A stretch of 64,000 nt of DNA from Antedon mediterranea. Taxonomy: Eukaryota; Animalia; Echinodermata. The first letter of the stretch is position 1, and every line of letters begins with the position of its first letter. Below, piece after piece: positions 13,469 to 26,635 of this stretch. The translations under genes were made by a program, and so were the position numbers. The stretch is from assembly GCF_964355755.1 (NCBI RefSeq), contig NC_092673.1:24487648-24551647 (forward strand). Reading direction: 5' to 3'. Below the pieces are notes generated by a model that had not been told where the DNA came from, did no database searches, and was given only the letters and a program-made list of their open reading frames with translations.

Positions 13469-13858
13469 TCTCGCGCTTGGTGCTAAGCTAATAATAAGAA
13501 AACGCAAAATGTTCACTCCCCTAATAATACTAGGCCTAGATGAACTTGTTATCATATCACGGAGAATACAATATGCTTAGATAAATGCAATCTTTTTAGT
13601 GGCTTATATTATAGAAATCACATGATTAAATCACCCAGGCCAGGCCCAGTAATCTTGACTTTGGTCTCTGCGACCGAAAAACAACACCGCTAAAATAATG
13701 ACCTAGGTCAAACGATTCGCTTCAGTAATTATTATGAAAACAAATCACCTCTCTCTCCGTCCGCCGCCGATCCTCTCCTCCTCTCTCAGCTTTCCTCATG
13801 CCCCGGTTTTTGTTAGAGGCACCTGCATAGAAGTTGATAAATTTCTACTTGACGTATT
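13469..13858. promoter_or_regulatory. Putative bidirectional promoter shared by FATP and TMEM141
   Basis: Divergent start codons are only ~390 bp apart. There is a locally GC/CpG- and pyrimidine-rich tract (ctctctctccgtccgccgccgatcctctcc) at ~13748-13790. Confidence 0.55.
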
Positions 13859-14890
13859 ATGCCTGTCAAGATAGGTTTGACTGATACTGAAGACAGTGTG
13901 GCTGAAAAATACCCAGTAAGTTTCTTCGTTTAGGCTTATCAATCATTCTAACATTTTTTTAGTTCTAATTTGTGTAGGTAGGCCTAGCTAGGCCTGCTAG
14001 GCCTAGTAAGTAGCAGTAGTAAGTGGTTGTAGTAGGCTAGTCGGATGACTTGCCTCTGCCTAGCTAAATCTAGTACTACCAGCCTCTAGTACACCCAGGC
14101 TAGCTAGGTCATTTATAGTCCTGACTCATCGGTTGCTAGTAGTAATAGTATTGGTAGGGTCAAATCAATCATTCAATGCACGTACAAATGCACAATTAGA
14201 ATCACCAGGTCTACATGAATTTTAAACAAAATCAAATTTAACATTTAAAATTGTATTTATTTTCAGGGTTTACAAGAGTACACAGTATGCCAGTCAAAGG
14301 CCTTTGTACAGGGTATCTTGGGCTGTGTTGTAGGTAAGAATATTTTAGTTGTACAAATTAGATATAATAAATAACACTAAACACTAACTAAATTGTTTAT
14401 TGATTATTTATTATACTTCTACAGGGAGTATTCTATTATTATTTATTATACTATTTAGGAGCAAGCGCAGCTTATACAGGGAGTATTCTATTTCGTAGAA
14501 GATTTCCCATTGCGTCTAAACACACAGCAGTTGTTCTTTCCATAGGTAAGTTTTTTTGTTAAGTAATGCCTTGCAATTATTTTTTATTTAAAATTTAAAA
14601 GCAAAGAAATTAATTCCTAAGATTGTTGGATTTCTTGTTCCATTTATTCATAATTGCAATGTCTTGAAAATTTTATTTTTTTAGTATGTGGTGTTACATC
14701 AGGCTACATCATTACATCAATTGCTACACAAAAATGCCAAAATATGTGGGTCAACTTGGCAAATGATGCACAGCAAGTAAACTCGCATAAAATAAAAGAA
14801 CACACCAAGATTCAAGCTCTAAGAAAAGCACTAGAAAGTGACAGACCTGCTGAAGTGCATAAAAATAAGTATGGTGATTCATTTGAATAG
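13859..14890 (+). CDS. TMEM141: Transmembrane protein 141, 4 exons
   Basis: Exons 13859-13915 (MPVKIGLTDTEDSVAEKYP), 14267-14333 (GLQEYTVCQSKAFVQGILGCVV), 14459-14545 (GASAAYTGSILFRRRFPIASKHTAVVLSI) and 14685-14890 (CGVTSGYIITSIATQKCQNMW...*). GT-AG and in phase. Matches the TMEM141 pattern K(H/Y)PGLxEYxxCQSxAF...KCxxxW. Confidence 0.85.
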
Positions 14891-16310
14891 ATATTAAGCC
14901 TATATTCTATGAAAAAGATAACTAATGAGGACTCATCTGCAATGATGTACGGCTATATAGTTATAGAGCAAACATACTGCAGCTATGCGAAAGATGCCTT
15001 GAAAGATTCCAATCAATTTAATTGTAGTAGTTGTGTAGTAGTTGACCACTTACAGACGTTAACATTGTGATTGGCTACTCCTATCATCAAGATAGCTTAT
15101 GAAAAAAAAAACTCTCTAAGCAAGGCTGAGGAAAGCATTGTACACAAATAAATTCAATAAAGACGTTGGTGAGTGAAGATGAAACAAAAATTCACAACCC
15201 TAAGATCACTAAACCACACTCATCAAACAGACCAATCAGGACTCAGTTGACGCTTGTTACTTGCAAATCAGTTGAGAGGTTTGACACATAGTACATAATT
15301 ACATTATATAGATACAAAAGGTTTCATTTTTCTCAATTCGCATTTATTTTTACATGGACTTCGGAACAATCCAAGGATTTTTTTTCTATAATTTTTAATT
15401 TTCAAGTGAAATTTTTATTTTTGGATTCGATCTTCTTTTGAATTGTGAAAATGCTTTATTGTTTATTATTTACAACAATATCTTGTTAATTCTGGAAGAT
15501 TTGATTGATGTTTCTGTTTTGTATTTGTTAATCTGAGGCGCCTTGAAGCTAAGGTGGTTCCACCTTGTGAGGCGCCTCTGTGTAATATATTGAATATAAA
15601 AAAAAGGTTACATAACAATTCACAATTACCAAAATACAACAAGTAAAAATTAGAAATGTTTTCCAATGTTTCTGTCCCATTAAATCAATTAATTTACAGT
15701 AAAAAATGGAACAAACTGGTCTATATAATCATATATGTTATCTGATAATAAGTGAATAATTCTATTGAACCTCTTTATTAAAAATGTTGTAATTTGATAT
15801 ATTACACTTAAAATCTTAAAATGAAAAGCAAATAGTGTTATCAAAACAATTGCTAAACTGTACCAACTACGTAGGTGTACCACATTATTTCCTGGTATAG
15901 TAACAATGCGATATATCAGGTTAAAAAAGATGTGCAAAATTACTTTAGAATCTGGTAAAACCCACTGTTAATGTTTCTATAAATGAATACAGTATAATAA
16001 ATACAAAATGTTAACCATTAAACATGTAACAGATTACCAAGTAAGCTAACTACATTAACATATTTGGTGGTAACTTCAATAGATAAGCACTGTTTTATCT
16101 AAAACCAAACCCTAGATTTAATTTTGGGTTGATTGGGCTAGACACACTATGGATTAAATCCATGGACACACTAACCTAAATATTCTTCGCCATCTTAAGA
16201 GTCGTATTTGGCAATTTGAAACAAAAAAATTAAATTGACAGATAATATTTTGATAGCAAATGTCATAACCCACTAGTATGTTACACTGTACATTAACATT
16301 AACATTAACG

Positions 16311-19300
16311 TTACGTTAGTAAATACTGCTTGCCTCCCATAGTAGTATTGTAGTATGTATGCATATTCCAGGCCTGTGTTCGGTTAGCCTGCACTGCTGG
16401 TCCCCAATTAGCTGTAGGTCTGCTGATTGTCCTCCAACGCTATCGGAAATAAAACATTTTGTGTAATTGCTTTTCTAAAATTATAGTAAACAAAATTAAC
16501 CAAACATATTGAATTGTAAAATGTTTTATTATTTTTGTCTTGTTGTAGGTTTACAAAGAAAAAACTCTTGAAAAATAATTAAAAGGTGGAAGAACAAAGT
16601 TAAAAATAGAGAGCCAATTGACAATTTTTCGGTTGTGTTTTTAAATATCTAAACTTCATGGCGTTGAAATTGTCTATATAAAAATAACATAGGCATACTA
16701 GCTGTAGTTTAGTTTTCCCAAGAGTAGTAGTATTCAATAATCAATACATTTACAAGAAGTAGATCCAAGACAAATTAATCTTCACAGTAATTGAGGAGCA
16801 ACAACCCGGATGAAAAATATGCGAAGTAGATCCTTTACTGTTCAACAATGAACAGGAGGAGGCATGAAAGAAAGCCGAAAGTGACATAGAAGAAGTCACC
16901 TAGGACATATAGAAGAAGTCACCCAGGACATAGAAGAAGTCACCCAGGACATATAGAAGAAATCACCCAGGACATAGAAGAAGTCACCCAGGACATATAG
17001 AAGAAATCACCCAGGACATAGAAGAAGTCACCCAGGACATAGAGGAAGTCACACAGGACATAAAAGAAGTCACCCAGGACATATAGAAGAAGTCACCCAG
17101 GATATATAGAAGAGAAGTCACCCAGGACACAGAAGAAGTCACCCAGGACACAGAAGAAGTCACCCCGGACATAGAGGAAGTCACACAAGACATAAAAGAA
17201 GTCACCCAGGACATATAGAAGAAGTCACCCAGGATATATAGAAGAGAAGTCACCCAGGACACAGAAGAAGTCACCCAGGACACAGTAGAAGTCACCCAAG
17301 ACATATAGAAGAAGAAGTCACCCAAGACATAGAGGAAGTCACACAGGACATAGAAGATGTCACCCAGGATAGAAGAAGTCACCCTTGGAAGAAGAAAGCG
17401 TGACTCATGTGAAGAGGAGAAAAAAACGATCTATATAAGAAGCAAGATAACTTACTGACGTACTACATATCGAAATACTGGAAATACCCACCTCAGAAAA
17501 GCTTCCACTCGCATTTATGAATTCGTATATCATAACCAATGGAATAAAAATAAGAGTAAGTCCAATAATAAACCAGCCAGTAACGTGTGCCCATTCTGGA
17601 TGCACTTCATGATTGTATGTTGGCTCACTCCAGTTCATCAAATTGTACAGTAACACAAACTGAAACAAAAATACATTATTTTTTATATTTATCTGCATTC
17701 ATTATTTTCAAATTGGATAAGAGTTTTAGGAAGTACCCAATGTTCGCTATTGTGTAAATTATTGATATACAAGTAGAACCAATAAAGGTTATTTTCATTG
17801 CTGTTTTGGCTTTTCATTCAGACAACCGAGTTGTGAAAAAATAACGCGTTAAGGCCAGTTTGGACAGACGAGTGGTAGCGATAACAAAGAAATGACCATT
17901 TACGCACAACGCGGAGCTGACGGGCGGTTCCCGTTCAGGATAGGATACAGATTCTACGTGGGACAAGCTACGCGGTTTTCCGCTTACCGTTACCGCTCGT
18001 CTGTGTAAATGACCATGTTCTAAGGCGTAGTGGTTCCCAATACTTACGAGAAGCAGAGACGGAGTAATAACTGTCCAGTTCAATTGCCACCAGAAGAACA
18101 TTGGAAATTTGTAGAAGCAGGAATCTCCAAGCATCGATCTGATGTCATTTGTAAATCTCTTAATGCCATACACCCACGAGATGGTAATAAGCTCAAGGAG
18201 GCCAAACATAATCAAGCCGATACTTGGGACGTAAGAATCGATCATTGAAATCCAGTAAGCTCCTGCCCTGGTGACGCAGATTAGACCAAGGACAAAACCA
18301 ATCAAGCAAACAACAAATGTAACCAAACTCTTCTTCTTTTGCAATGGGAAACTGTCGCATATAGCTGTAACTACACTTTCGATAATCACCATCTACAAAA
18401 TCGTTGAATAGTGATATTAACAACAACAAAAAGAACATACTGTATATAATATAAAATTGTTCTAGGCATAGTTTATATCGTAAAAGAAGGAGCAAAGCCT
18501 ACACGTTGCTTTTCAGGGGTTGCTTCAGAAAACTTTTAAATCCCAATTGATCCAGTGAAAAGTCTTACCTGGCTGTCAATTCCCAGTGTAATCAACATCA
18601 AGAAAAATATAATAGCCCAAAAGGTAGATCCTGGAAGAAGCGACAATCCCTCTGGATACACAACAAACGCCAATCCAAATCCTACGAAAAATAAATATTA
18701 CAGTTAAACCGTATTATGAATCTAAACTTTCACAATTTCTTGATGAATAGGGTTTGGATTAGGTTGCTGAATTAATGTTCTCATTTAATCGTATACTAGT
18801 TACGGTATAAACACAAATGAACATATTTTTAGTCGCGTGGAAGCGACTCTATAGTTCACTATGTCGGTCGGTCGGTCTGTCTGTCTGTCTGTCTGTCGGT
18901 CTGTCTGTCTGTCTGTCGGTCCGGTATCACTATGCGTTTTATCGCTTTATGACCTTATCTTGATATCAGTTTAATCTAGCTAAGTCAATTTTTCACAGAA
19001 TATTCCTTATGGCCAGGAATCGATGTGGTTATGTTTTCACGGTGCGCAATAAAAAATTACGCGGTCTACGCACGATTTAACGAAATCACGTTTGTAATCA
19101 TATCTTAACAACCATGAATCACAATTAAATAAAATTTGGTACTCATAAATTTCAGGGCATAAATCATCATATGGCAATACAATTACGTGCGTAGCGCATG
19201 TAACGCATGCGTACGCGCGCTTAAAATTTTCAAAATTTATTTTCGATGAAATAAGAGTACGTTTCAGGCAATTTTAAGCGTTTACAAAATTGCCATGAGT

Positions 19301-22300
19301 GCGCAGATTTTTGCGCGCGCACTGCGCGTTAAATGTTATTGCGCACTCTTTTTACCCGATTTCTGTTTTCTTGACTTACTTTTCAACTCGAAATTACGTT
19401 ATACGAGCACGTCAAAAGTGACAGGCTACGCACGTGTAAATTTAAAAAATATAAATGTTTTTAAACATTTCAACATTTTTAAACATGTTCAGTAATTTCG
19501 GTCAGTATAGTTCACTATGTCGGTCGGTCCGTCTGTCTGTCGGTCTGTCTGTCTGTCGGTCTGTCTGTCTGTCGGTCTGTTTGTCTGTCGGTCCGGTATC
19601 ACTATGCATTGTAGCACGCGACTTAATGGCTGTTGGCCTTGTTAATAAAAGTATAAATGAATTGCTTCTATGGGCAGATTTACATGTGATATACAACATG
19701 TTAAAATAAAGAATAGGAAATATAGTGACATGTTATGGACAACAATCACCCACCCCAGAAATATAATAATTATACCATCAACATACCAGATTCAACAACA
19801 TCTGGAACTGCTTTGCCCTGTTCTTTAGCAATGTGTCCAAGTACGGAGAAAATTGCGAAACCAGCAAATACACTAGTGGCACAGTTTGCGATCGAAACAA
19901 AGACTGAATCACTGGAATAAAGCATATTTGTTTATTTGACATTGAGATCTACATCATTGTCATTTTTCAGTAATTTGCCATTAGATTTATATATTTAATG
20001 TTATTATAATTTCCTACAACAGCACCCCTCAATATAAATGATTATATCAACTAACATTTCATGAATTTTCCGCCTTAAAAATAATTAGGCTAATAAATTT
20101 ACTTATGCCTATTTAAACAACACCGTTCAACGAATACAATACACGTAGTAAAAATGTGTAGGCTACTCTTCATTGTAAATCTAGTTTCATTTTACCGTCC
20201 TCGGTTGTTTGGAACAATCTAGCGTTATTTATATCATTCATTTCTTCACAATGCAACAATATAATGTTAGGCTGTGAAATGATTAGGAATTGTTTTAACT
20301 TTGGTTTAAAGGTATTATAATGAGAAGTAATTTAAAAACTACTTATATAGTACCACTTTCACATTTCTCTAGCAAAACTCACACAACACATTTGTTCGAT
20401 GTGTTTGCATGCTCGGTGTATGTAAACTCAGGAGTTTTGCTATAATAGGTGAATGATGAAAGAAGATATGTCGAATATATATTATTATTTTTCAACTGTA
20501 GGCCTACTCACAAATAACCATTGTTGTGAAAGCGATTGTATGAAGAAAGTGTGACCAATCCGCCCGAAGCAGCACTGAGAGAGAAGAAGATCTGTGTAGC
20601 TGCCTTAAGCCATACCTACAAAATACAAAAAAATGTGAAATACTTCCTTAAATAATAATAAGTCAATAGATTAAATAAACAAAACATTCTCTAGTGTGGT
20701 TGGTGGTGAATACGGCTACTTTCATGATTTTCGAATTTTTCCATAATGGATTTCATGGTTGGTTTTTGTTTTTTTTTATTGATTTTCACACTTGATTAAT
20801 AATAATTAGGTTACAATAAACATCATAATATATATGAGAGAGATGTGTGGCTGGTGGGCAAATAAATTCAAAGAAGAAGAAGAAGTTACCGAAGGGCAGA
20901 GCAAACGTCGAGACAATAGAAAGCAAACAACTCCAAACTGGATGGATTATGTGATTTTGTGAATAACAAAAACTAGTATGCATTGAAAACAAATGGGGAA
21001 GCCGCATAAGAATATTACGTTACGAATCAGGATATTTGTATTTCAAGCTAAATTAGGCTGCCCCAAACAGTTAACTATGAAATTGTCAAAATAATAAGAT
21101 ACCAAGCAGTTGTTAAGTTACAATCATGGTACATAGAATATATCGAATCACATAATTATAAGAACTTAACAGTATTAAAACTAAATTACTAAGGTAATAA
21201 AAATGTAAACATTGATCATCAGTGCTGCTGACAATTTTATTTTCTGTCAATTTTGTATGAATTGTAAATTTTTCATAAAGATAATTATTCAATGATTTTC
21301 TATGTTTATTTAATTAATTTGTCATGCTTATATTTTGAGTATTAATAATTCTTAGGTAGGTTGGGAGCGACGTATGGGTATAAGACTCGCTCCGATCCGA
21401 ATAACGTGACAGTTTTGATAACTCATTATACTGTATGCATTTACATATTGAAGATAAAAGTGTATTTTACTAAAGCGTGGTTCCCACTAGAACGCAACGC
21501 TGCGGCGTATTGACACAAAGTGCTGTATTGTGTAATCAAAAATGGGAACCGACGACCAGAAAGTGCTGCAAACATCGCAGGTTTGACTTCACGCAGGCGG
21601 AGGCAAACTATTATTAGAAGAGTATTTTCTTACGTTGTGTAGTTTGCGTTACGTTGCGTCGCTAGTGGGAACCAAGCTTTACCTGTGGAGTTGTAATATC
21701 TTCCCATTTAGGCTTAATGAAGAAATCAATTCCGTCACCGGCGCCGTCGAGTGTCACACCACGAACAAAAAGAGCGAGCAACACAGCATATGGGAATAAA
21801 GCTGTGAAATAGACAACCTATCAAAACATACAATATTATATCAATAACTCCATGATCAATCTAATATTTAAAATCGTCTGGATGATAAGTCTAATCAAGG
21901 ATAGTGTAAAGAAATTCCATACGTTTAACTCTCCAGTGAGTAATATTCGTAAGGAACAGTTACATACGAAACTGAATCTTAAGCGTCAGAAAAAATATAA
22001 AAACAGCTTAAAACGTTAAAGAAATGAAATATCTGGATTACATTATTTTTGGGTTTTTTTTACGGCATAGTGTAACAGCAACACTTACTTTATTAGGCTA
22101 TAGTGTCTATTCACCATCCAAACCTCTTACGCAATATTTGATTAACTTAAATTAACTGAAGTCTTACCTTTCCCAAAGATTTTACTCCTTTTACAAGACT
22201 GAAAAAGACTAGAACCCATGCCAAGAAAAGACAAAGAACAAGTTCCCAGATAAGTCCACCAGTTTCGTTCATTGAAACGAATTTTTGCAATACAACATGC

Positions 22301-24499
22301 CTGAAAAAAAAAACATAGGCAAAAGTTGACGAGCCAACGACGCAACATTTTGTTTCTCAAATAGGCCTACATTGAAAATATGCTACAGGAAAAAACAGGC
22401 CAAATAAGTGTCATAAGAGTGCCGTCTGTAGCAAAAATGGAATGAGATTAGTTGCCCAAAACTTACTTCCAATATTCTTCAGTCGGTCTCTTTCTGTAGT
22501 CTGCATACGTATCAATATAATTTGACGTATTCCAGGTGCCGTTTGCATAAACTACGTTGATCTCTCCCAGTTCGGAATTCGTCATATTGAGCTCTGTAAT
22601 ATTTTGACACGTTGTCTCTATCATGATTTTACCGGGTTGACTTAAACACTGCTCGTACTTCAGGAAGCAATTTACGGTGTTGAAATCGTGATCGCAGTGC
22701 TCCCAAGGTAGATTTAATGTGAATGAGGCAAACATGTAATATATTGCGTAACAGATGATCACATTGTAATACACACCAACAAAGGCTGATACTATAACCA
22801 TGCCGAACCCAATACCTGTACATTGAAAAGAATAAAGTTTCCAAGTATGTTACCGCTCAAGGAAGTAAATGCGGTCTACTGTAGTATCAGCCAATTTGGG
22901 ACTGAGTTCAGATTTTGATATATTAATTGATCAAAACCAACCTCTAAACATGGGAGAGGCTCTCCAAACAGTGATTGGACCTTGGCTACTGTACTGACCG
23001 AGACAGACTTCGAAAAAGAAAATTGGCATTCCAGCAAAGAACAACATAAAAGCATACGGTACAAGGAATGCGCCTAATATAGTAAGAAAAAACAATATAT
23101 ATTATTGAACCATACATTTAGACATTATTAACATATATTTTTTTAAATTTCAGAAACTACTCCATACCTATAGAATATAGACTGATGCCATATTCTAAAG
23201 GTCTGATTATGACGCCTTCCGTCAGTTTCCAGCTGAATTTATCACAGAGTGCATAATGCAAAATATTAGCATGGGACAACCGTACTTACTTTATACAAAA
23301 AGACTAATCTACGCATGCGTATAAGCTGGACTTTGTCGACTATTCATAACGGTCAATTTATATAAAACTCGATGACGTATTATCTTGTTTTTTCCACTTA
23401 CCACCTCCGTTAGAATAAGCCAGGTACGGAAACTTCCACACATTTCCAAGACCGACAGCATATCCGAGGGTGGACAAAACAAAGTGTCGTTTTTGGGACC
23501 AGTTTCCTCGGGCTGGATTCTCGTCAGCACTATCGGTTAAACTTACTTGATCATTCTAGAACCAAAATTAGTGGTCGATGAAACAGTGATAACTAAAAGA
23601 GTGGTCATCAATATACTTGTTTTGTAGAAATATTTTTTAATATTTGTCATTTTTGTATATATTTTTTTCACCTTTTTAGTGGAAGTCATTTCTGTATCTG
23701 CATCTCTGTCATTTGATTTAAAATAAAATAAATAAATGAAATAATTCAATTCAATTCAAAATAACATTTATTTACTTCGTTTTAAGATTTAAACAAAAAT
23801 GGAATAAATAAGAAATAACATAGACAAATAACAATAAATCTGGGGTAAAAGGAAGAAGGCAGGATCCCAGAAAGATACAGGATCTTGAGTCGGGTCTGCC
23901 TCGGATAGGATGCTATAACTAGGCTCTATTATTTATTTATTTTCTTAACCTCCATTCTCATTCTACAGTTTGGTATTGCAGTGTTCATTAGGTGGACTCT
24001 CTCATCGTAGGCCTATCCCATAGCAGTACAGTACTCAACATTTAAGTATTATAATTCCCACCATCAGAGTGAGTTAACACCTTGAACAAATTGCAGTTCA
24101 TTTCGGTCTCAACAGTGTGTTAAAAAAAATCTCCCACTCCCTGACACGCACACGCCTTGATTGGTCCAATCGTATGGGAATTTGCATTAATCGGCACCTG
24201 TTTCGTCCGTATTTAATTTTACTTAAACCTTTATATTACCCAAGTTGAAGTGAAACATGGGTAATAAGTAGGCCTATTACCCTAATCTAAGCTTTTAAAA
24301 ACAATGAGAAGCGGCACTTCTCTACCAACATATATATTTGCGTAATGATAATGACATACAAGCTTCAATATTTGTTCATATATGATACATTTTACAAGAG
24401 AGGTGGTGTTACCATCTTTATATCGTAATATTATGTAAATCTATACATTATTGTATATCGAATATCAGAAAAGGTTACCTTACGGCAACTTACCGACAT
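16311..24499 (-). CDS. SLC6 Na+/Cl--dependent amino-acid transporter, GlyT-like, paralog A (divergent copy), 12 coding exons
   Basis: Exons (minus strand): 24499-24494 (ATG TCG|gtaagt, inferred), 23555-23402, 23073-22942, 22815-22467, 22300-22168, 21817-21683, 20615-20512, 19911-19787, 18681-18569, 18392-18048, 17659-17492, 16439-16311 (TAA). No internal stops found. Motifs: [14 protein letters not shown](K)[24 protein letters not shown]. Confidence 0.9.
16880..17392. repeat. ~21-23-bp minisatellite (agaagaagtcacccaggacat[at]) in the last intron of SLC6-A
   Basis: More than 20 tandem copies are directly visible. Confidence 0.92.
17850..18015. mobile_element. Small palindromic MITE; related copy at ~30335-30448
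   Basis: Ends ...cagacgagtggtagcgataac / gttaccgctcgtctgtgtaaat. The segment gggacaa.ctacgcggttttccgcttacc.ttaccgctcgtctgtgtaaat is shared with 30392-30443. Confidence 0.6.
18826..19643 (+). mobile_element. Non-autonomous Helentron / DINE-1-like (HINE) element in an SLC6-A intron
   Basis: Starts in a T-run followed by subTIR agtcgcgtg with a nearby partial inverted copy (gcgact), then a (gtct/gtcg)n microsatellite. The 3' subTIR cacgcgact (~19616) is followed by a short hairpin ggctgttggcc and ttgtt. The microsatellite block is internally duplicated (18850-18935 and 19507-19607). Confidence 0.7.
21474..21678. mobile_element. PIF/Harbinger (Tourist)-like MITE inserted in the exon-6 splice donor of SLC6-A
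   Basis: TIRs agcgtggttcccactag ... ctagtgggaaccaagct, flanked by TAA (21471-21473) and TTA (21679-21681). Paralog B has the empty site (ttttacTAAcctgtg, 31746-31760). Same family at 62381 and 63750. Confidence 0.8.
21838..22033 (+). repeat. ~200-bp dispersed direct repeat; second copy at ~25198-25406
   Basis: atcaataactccatgatcaatctaatatttaaa...gaatcttaagcgtcagaaaaaa...gaaatgaaatat is near-identical in SLC6-A intron 5 and upstream of SLC6-A. Confidence 0.85.
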
Positions 24500-25964
24500 A
24501 TTTGCAACTCCTTTATATATGTTTCCACCTTGTTGTATTTTTGCAACCAAAACAGGTAGAATCGCAAGATGTAGCAGCAAGCGCTTGGATGGGTGTGCGC
24601 AAACCACTCTACAAGCTAGACTGGGTGGTCATGTGACATAATAGTGATTTACTTCTATGGAATGTTGGGTTTTAATATCTGTTTTTCTATGCACCGTTTC
24701 ACTATTATTCGAAATTGTATTGTTTATGCGGAAAGAACAGGATGCAATTCAATAGTCAAATTCAATGCTTCTATAATAATTGTTCGACGATATTTTCATT
24801 TGATAATTCATTTTATGCTTTCAATTAAGACACGCGTTCTGGAGAGACAGCGTTCCGGAGATTAAACAAACTATTCTGAAATTGTTTCGGTCTTTGACAT
24901 TTCTTTTAAATTGAACTTTTTATAAATTATGATGTCATTGATATAGCGCGTTAACAGCTATTATGCAACTAACTAGTTTAAAGAATAATTATTTTACAAT
25001 GGTGGCCCAATATCACGCCATATTTTAGTAGTAAATTAAGCCACCCACCTCTTTGAAAGTTTGTGCTTTTCGTAAGGTACGGTTTGGGGATATTTTTTTT
25101 TTATTCGACCCTATTTCTGTCGTCAACCTTCCTACTATCAGAGGGCATGGTCTTTTCATAGTATATATCATTATTTATTTATATCATCATAGTATTGATA
25201 TCAATAACTCCATGATCAATCTAATATTTAAAATTGTCTGGATGATAGGTCTAATCAAGGATAGTGTAAAGATTCAGAAATTCCATACGTTTAACTCTCC
25301 AGTGAGTAATATCCCTAAGGAACGGTTATATACGAAACTGAATCTTAAGCGTCAGAAAAAAATATAAAAACATCTTAGGCCTAAAACGTTAACGAAATGA
25401 AATATTTCTATTCGAAATCTATCATCTATTAATATATTTAAAAAGTTGTATAAAAATAATTTTCAACTTATCAATCAAGGAATTTGATTGCAATATGTAT
25501 TTATATATTGTTTTTTTTTAATTTTGCCAACATGTTTGTTTATAGTGCTGCGAAAATTTTGTTGGTAACGTGTATTTTTTTTTCTTTTTAAGGTACGAGC
25601 TTTGCTGTTATTATTATAATAATATTATGGCAAATTAATCGAAACTTTTAAGTATAACAAAAAACAGAACAAAGTTTTTGTCCAAAAATGACTTTTTTAT
25701 TAGAAAACAAGAAAACCACCAAATAGAAAAATGAAATACCAATATATACAGAACATCAATTCTCTAAAATAAATGTTCATCTATTATGTCATTAAAAGTT
25801 GTCATGGCATATAAGCAATGATTGAAGATCAACTAACTACTTAAATTATGTTTAGGTTGCTAAATCTCTAACACACTGCAATACAAGACATATTGGTAGT
25901 CGAAGACTGCGTTATATCTTTTGATGCGGAATACATTTTAACCAAGCAAGTTCTATTATTGTTA

Positions 25965-26297
25965 AAGGATTGTCAACCGGAGGATTGTCAACCGGAGGAT
26001 TGTCAACCGGAGGATTGTCAACCGGAGGATTGTCAACCGGAGGATTGTCAACCAAAGGATTGTCAACCAAAGGATTGTCAACCAAAGGATTGTCAACCAA
26101 AGGATTGTCAACCAAAGGATTGTCAACCACAGGATTGTCAACCAAAGGATTGTCAACCAAAGGATTGTCAACCCAAGGATTGTCAACCCAAGGATAGTCA
26201 ACCCAAGGATAGTCAACCCAAGGATAGTCAACCCAAGGATTGTCAACCCAAGGATTGTCAACCCAAGGATTGTCAACCCAAGGATTGTCCCAAGGAT
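25965..26297. repeat. 15-bp minisatellite (aggattgtcaaccNN) x~22 between the SLC6 paralogs
   Basis: Perfect 15-bp phase with variant blocks ccgg, ccaa, ccca and gatag. The overlapping low-complexity ORFs here are by-products of the repeat. Confidence 0.95.
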
Positions 26298-26635
26298 GGT
26301 CAAATGGTTTTCTTCTGTATATCTGTTCACAGATAAAGTTTGATGATAAATGTATTCGATCACTATAACTTTTTTTTGGAGAGTTGCAGGGGAGGACCAA
26401 GTGGATTGTAGTTAGGCGCTAAAGTACTTTTACTACTTTATGTTATCTATATTGACTTCTGGACTTGCCTGGTGTTTCGTCGTAATGTAGTGTGGTCGAA
26501 ATTGATTTACATGATTGCAACGACTGAATAACGGTTGATTAAAATATGATTCCATAACCTAATAAGTAGCATTTAAAACTACATTATTATCACTAACACT
26601 TCATAAACTGCGATGTTAAGTTAACATTTATACAT

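Noticed and set aside
16984-17382. 132-aa hydrophobic ORF (SWVTSS repeats)
   Set aside because: It is a minisatellite translation inside the last intron of SLC6-A.
25893-26400. 147-162 aa repeat ORFs (DCQPK)n / (VDNPW)n as pentapeptide-repeat proteins
   Set aside because: A 15-bp unit lacking stops is open in several frames on both strands, and there is no credible gene context.
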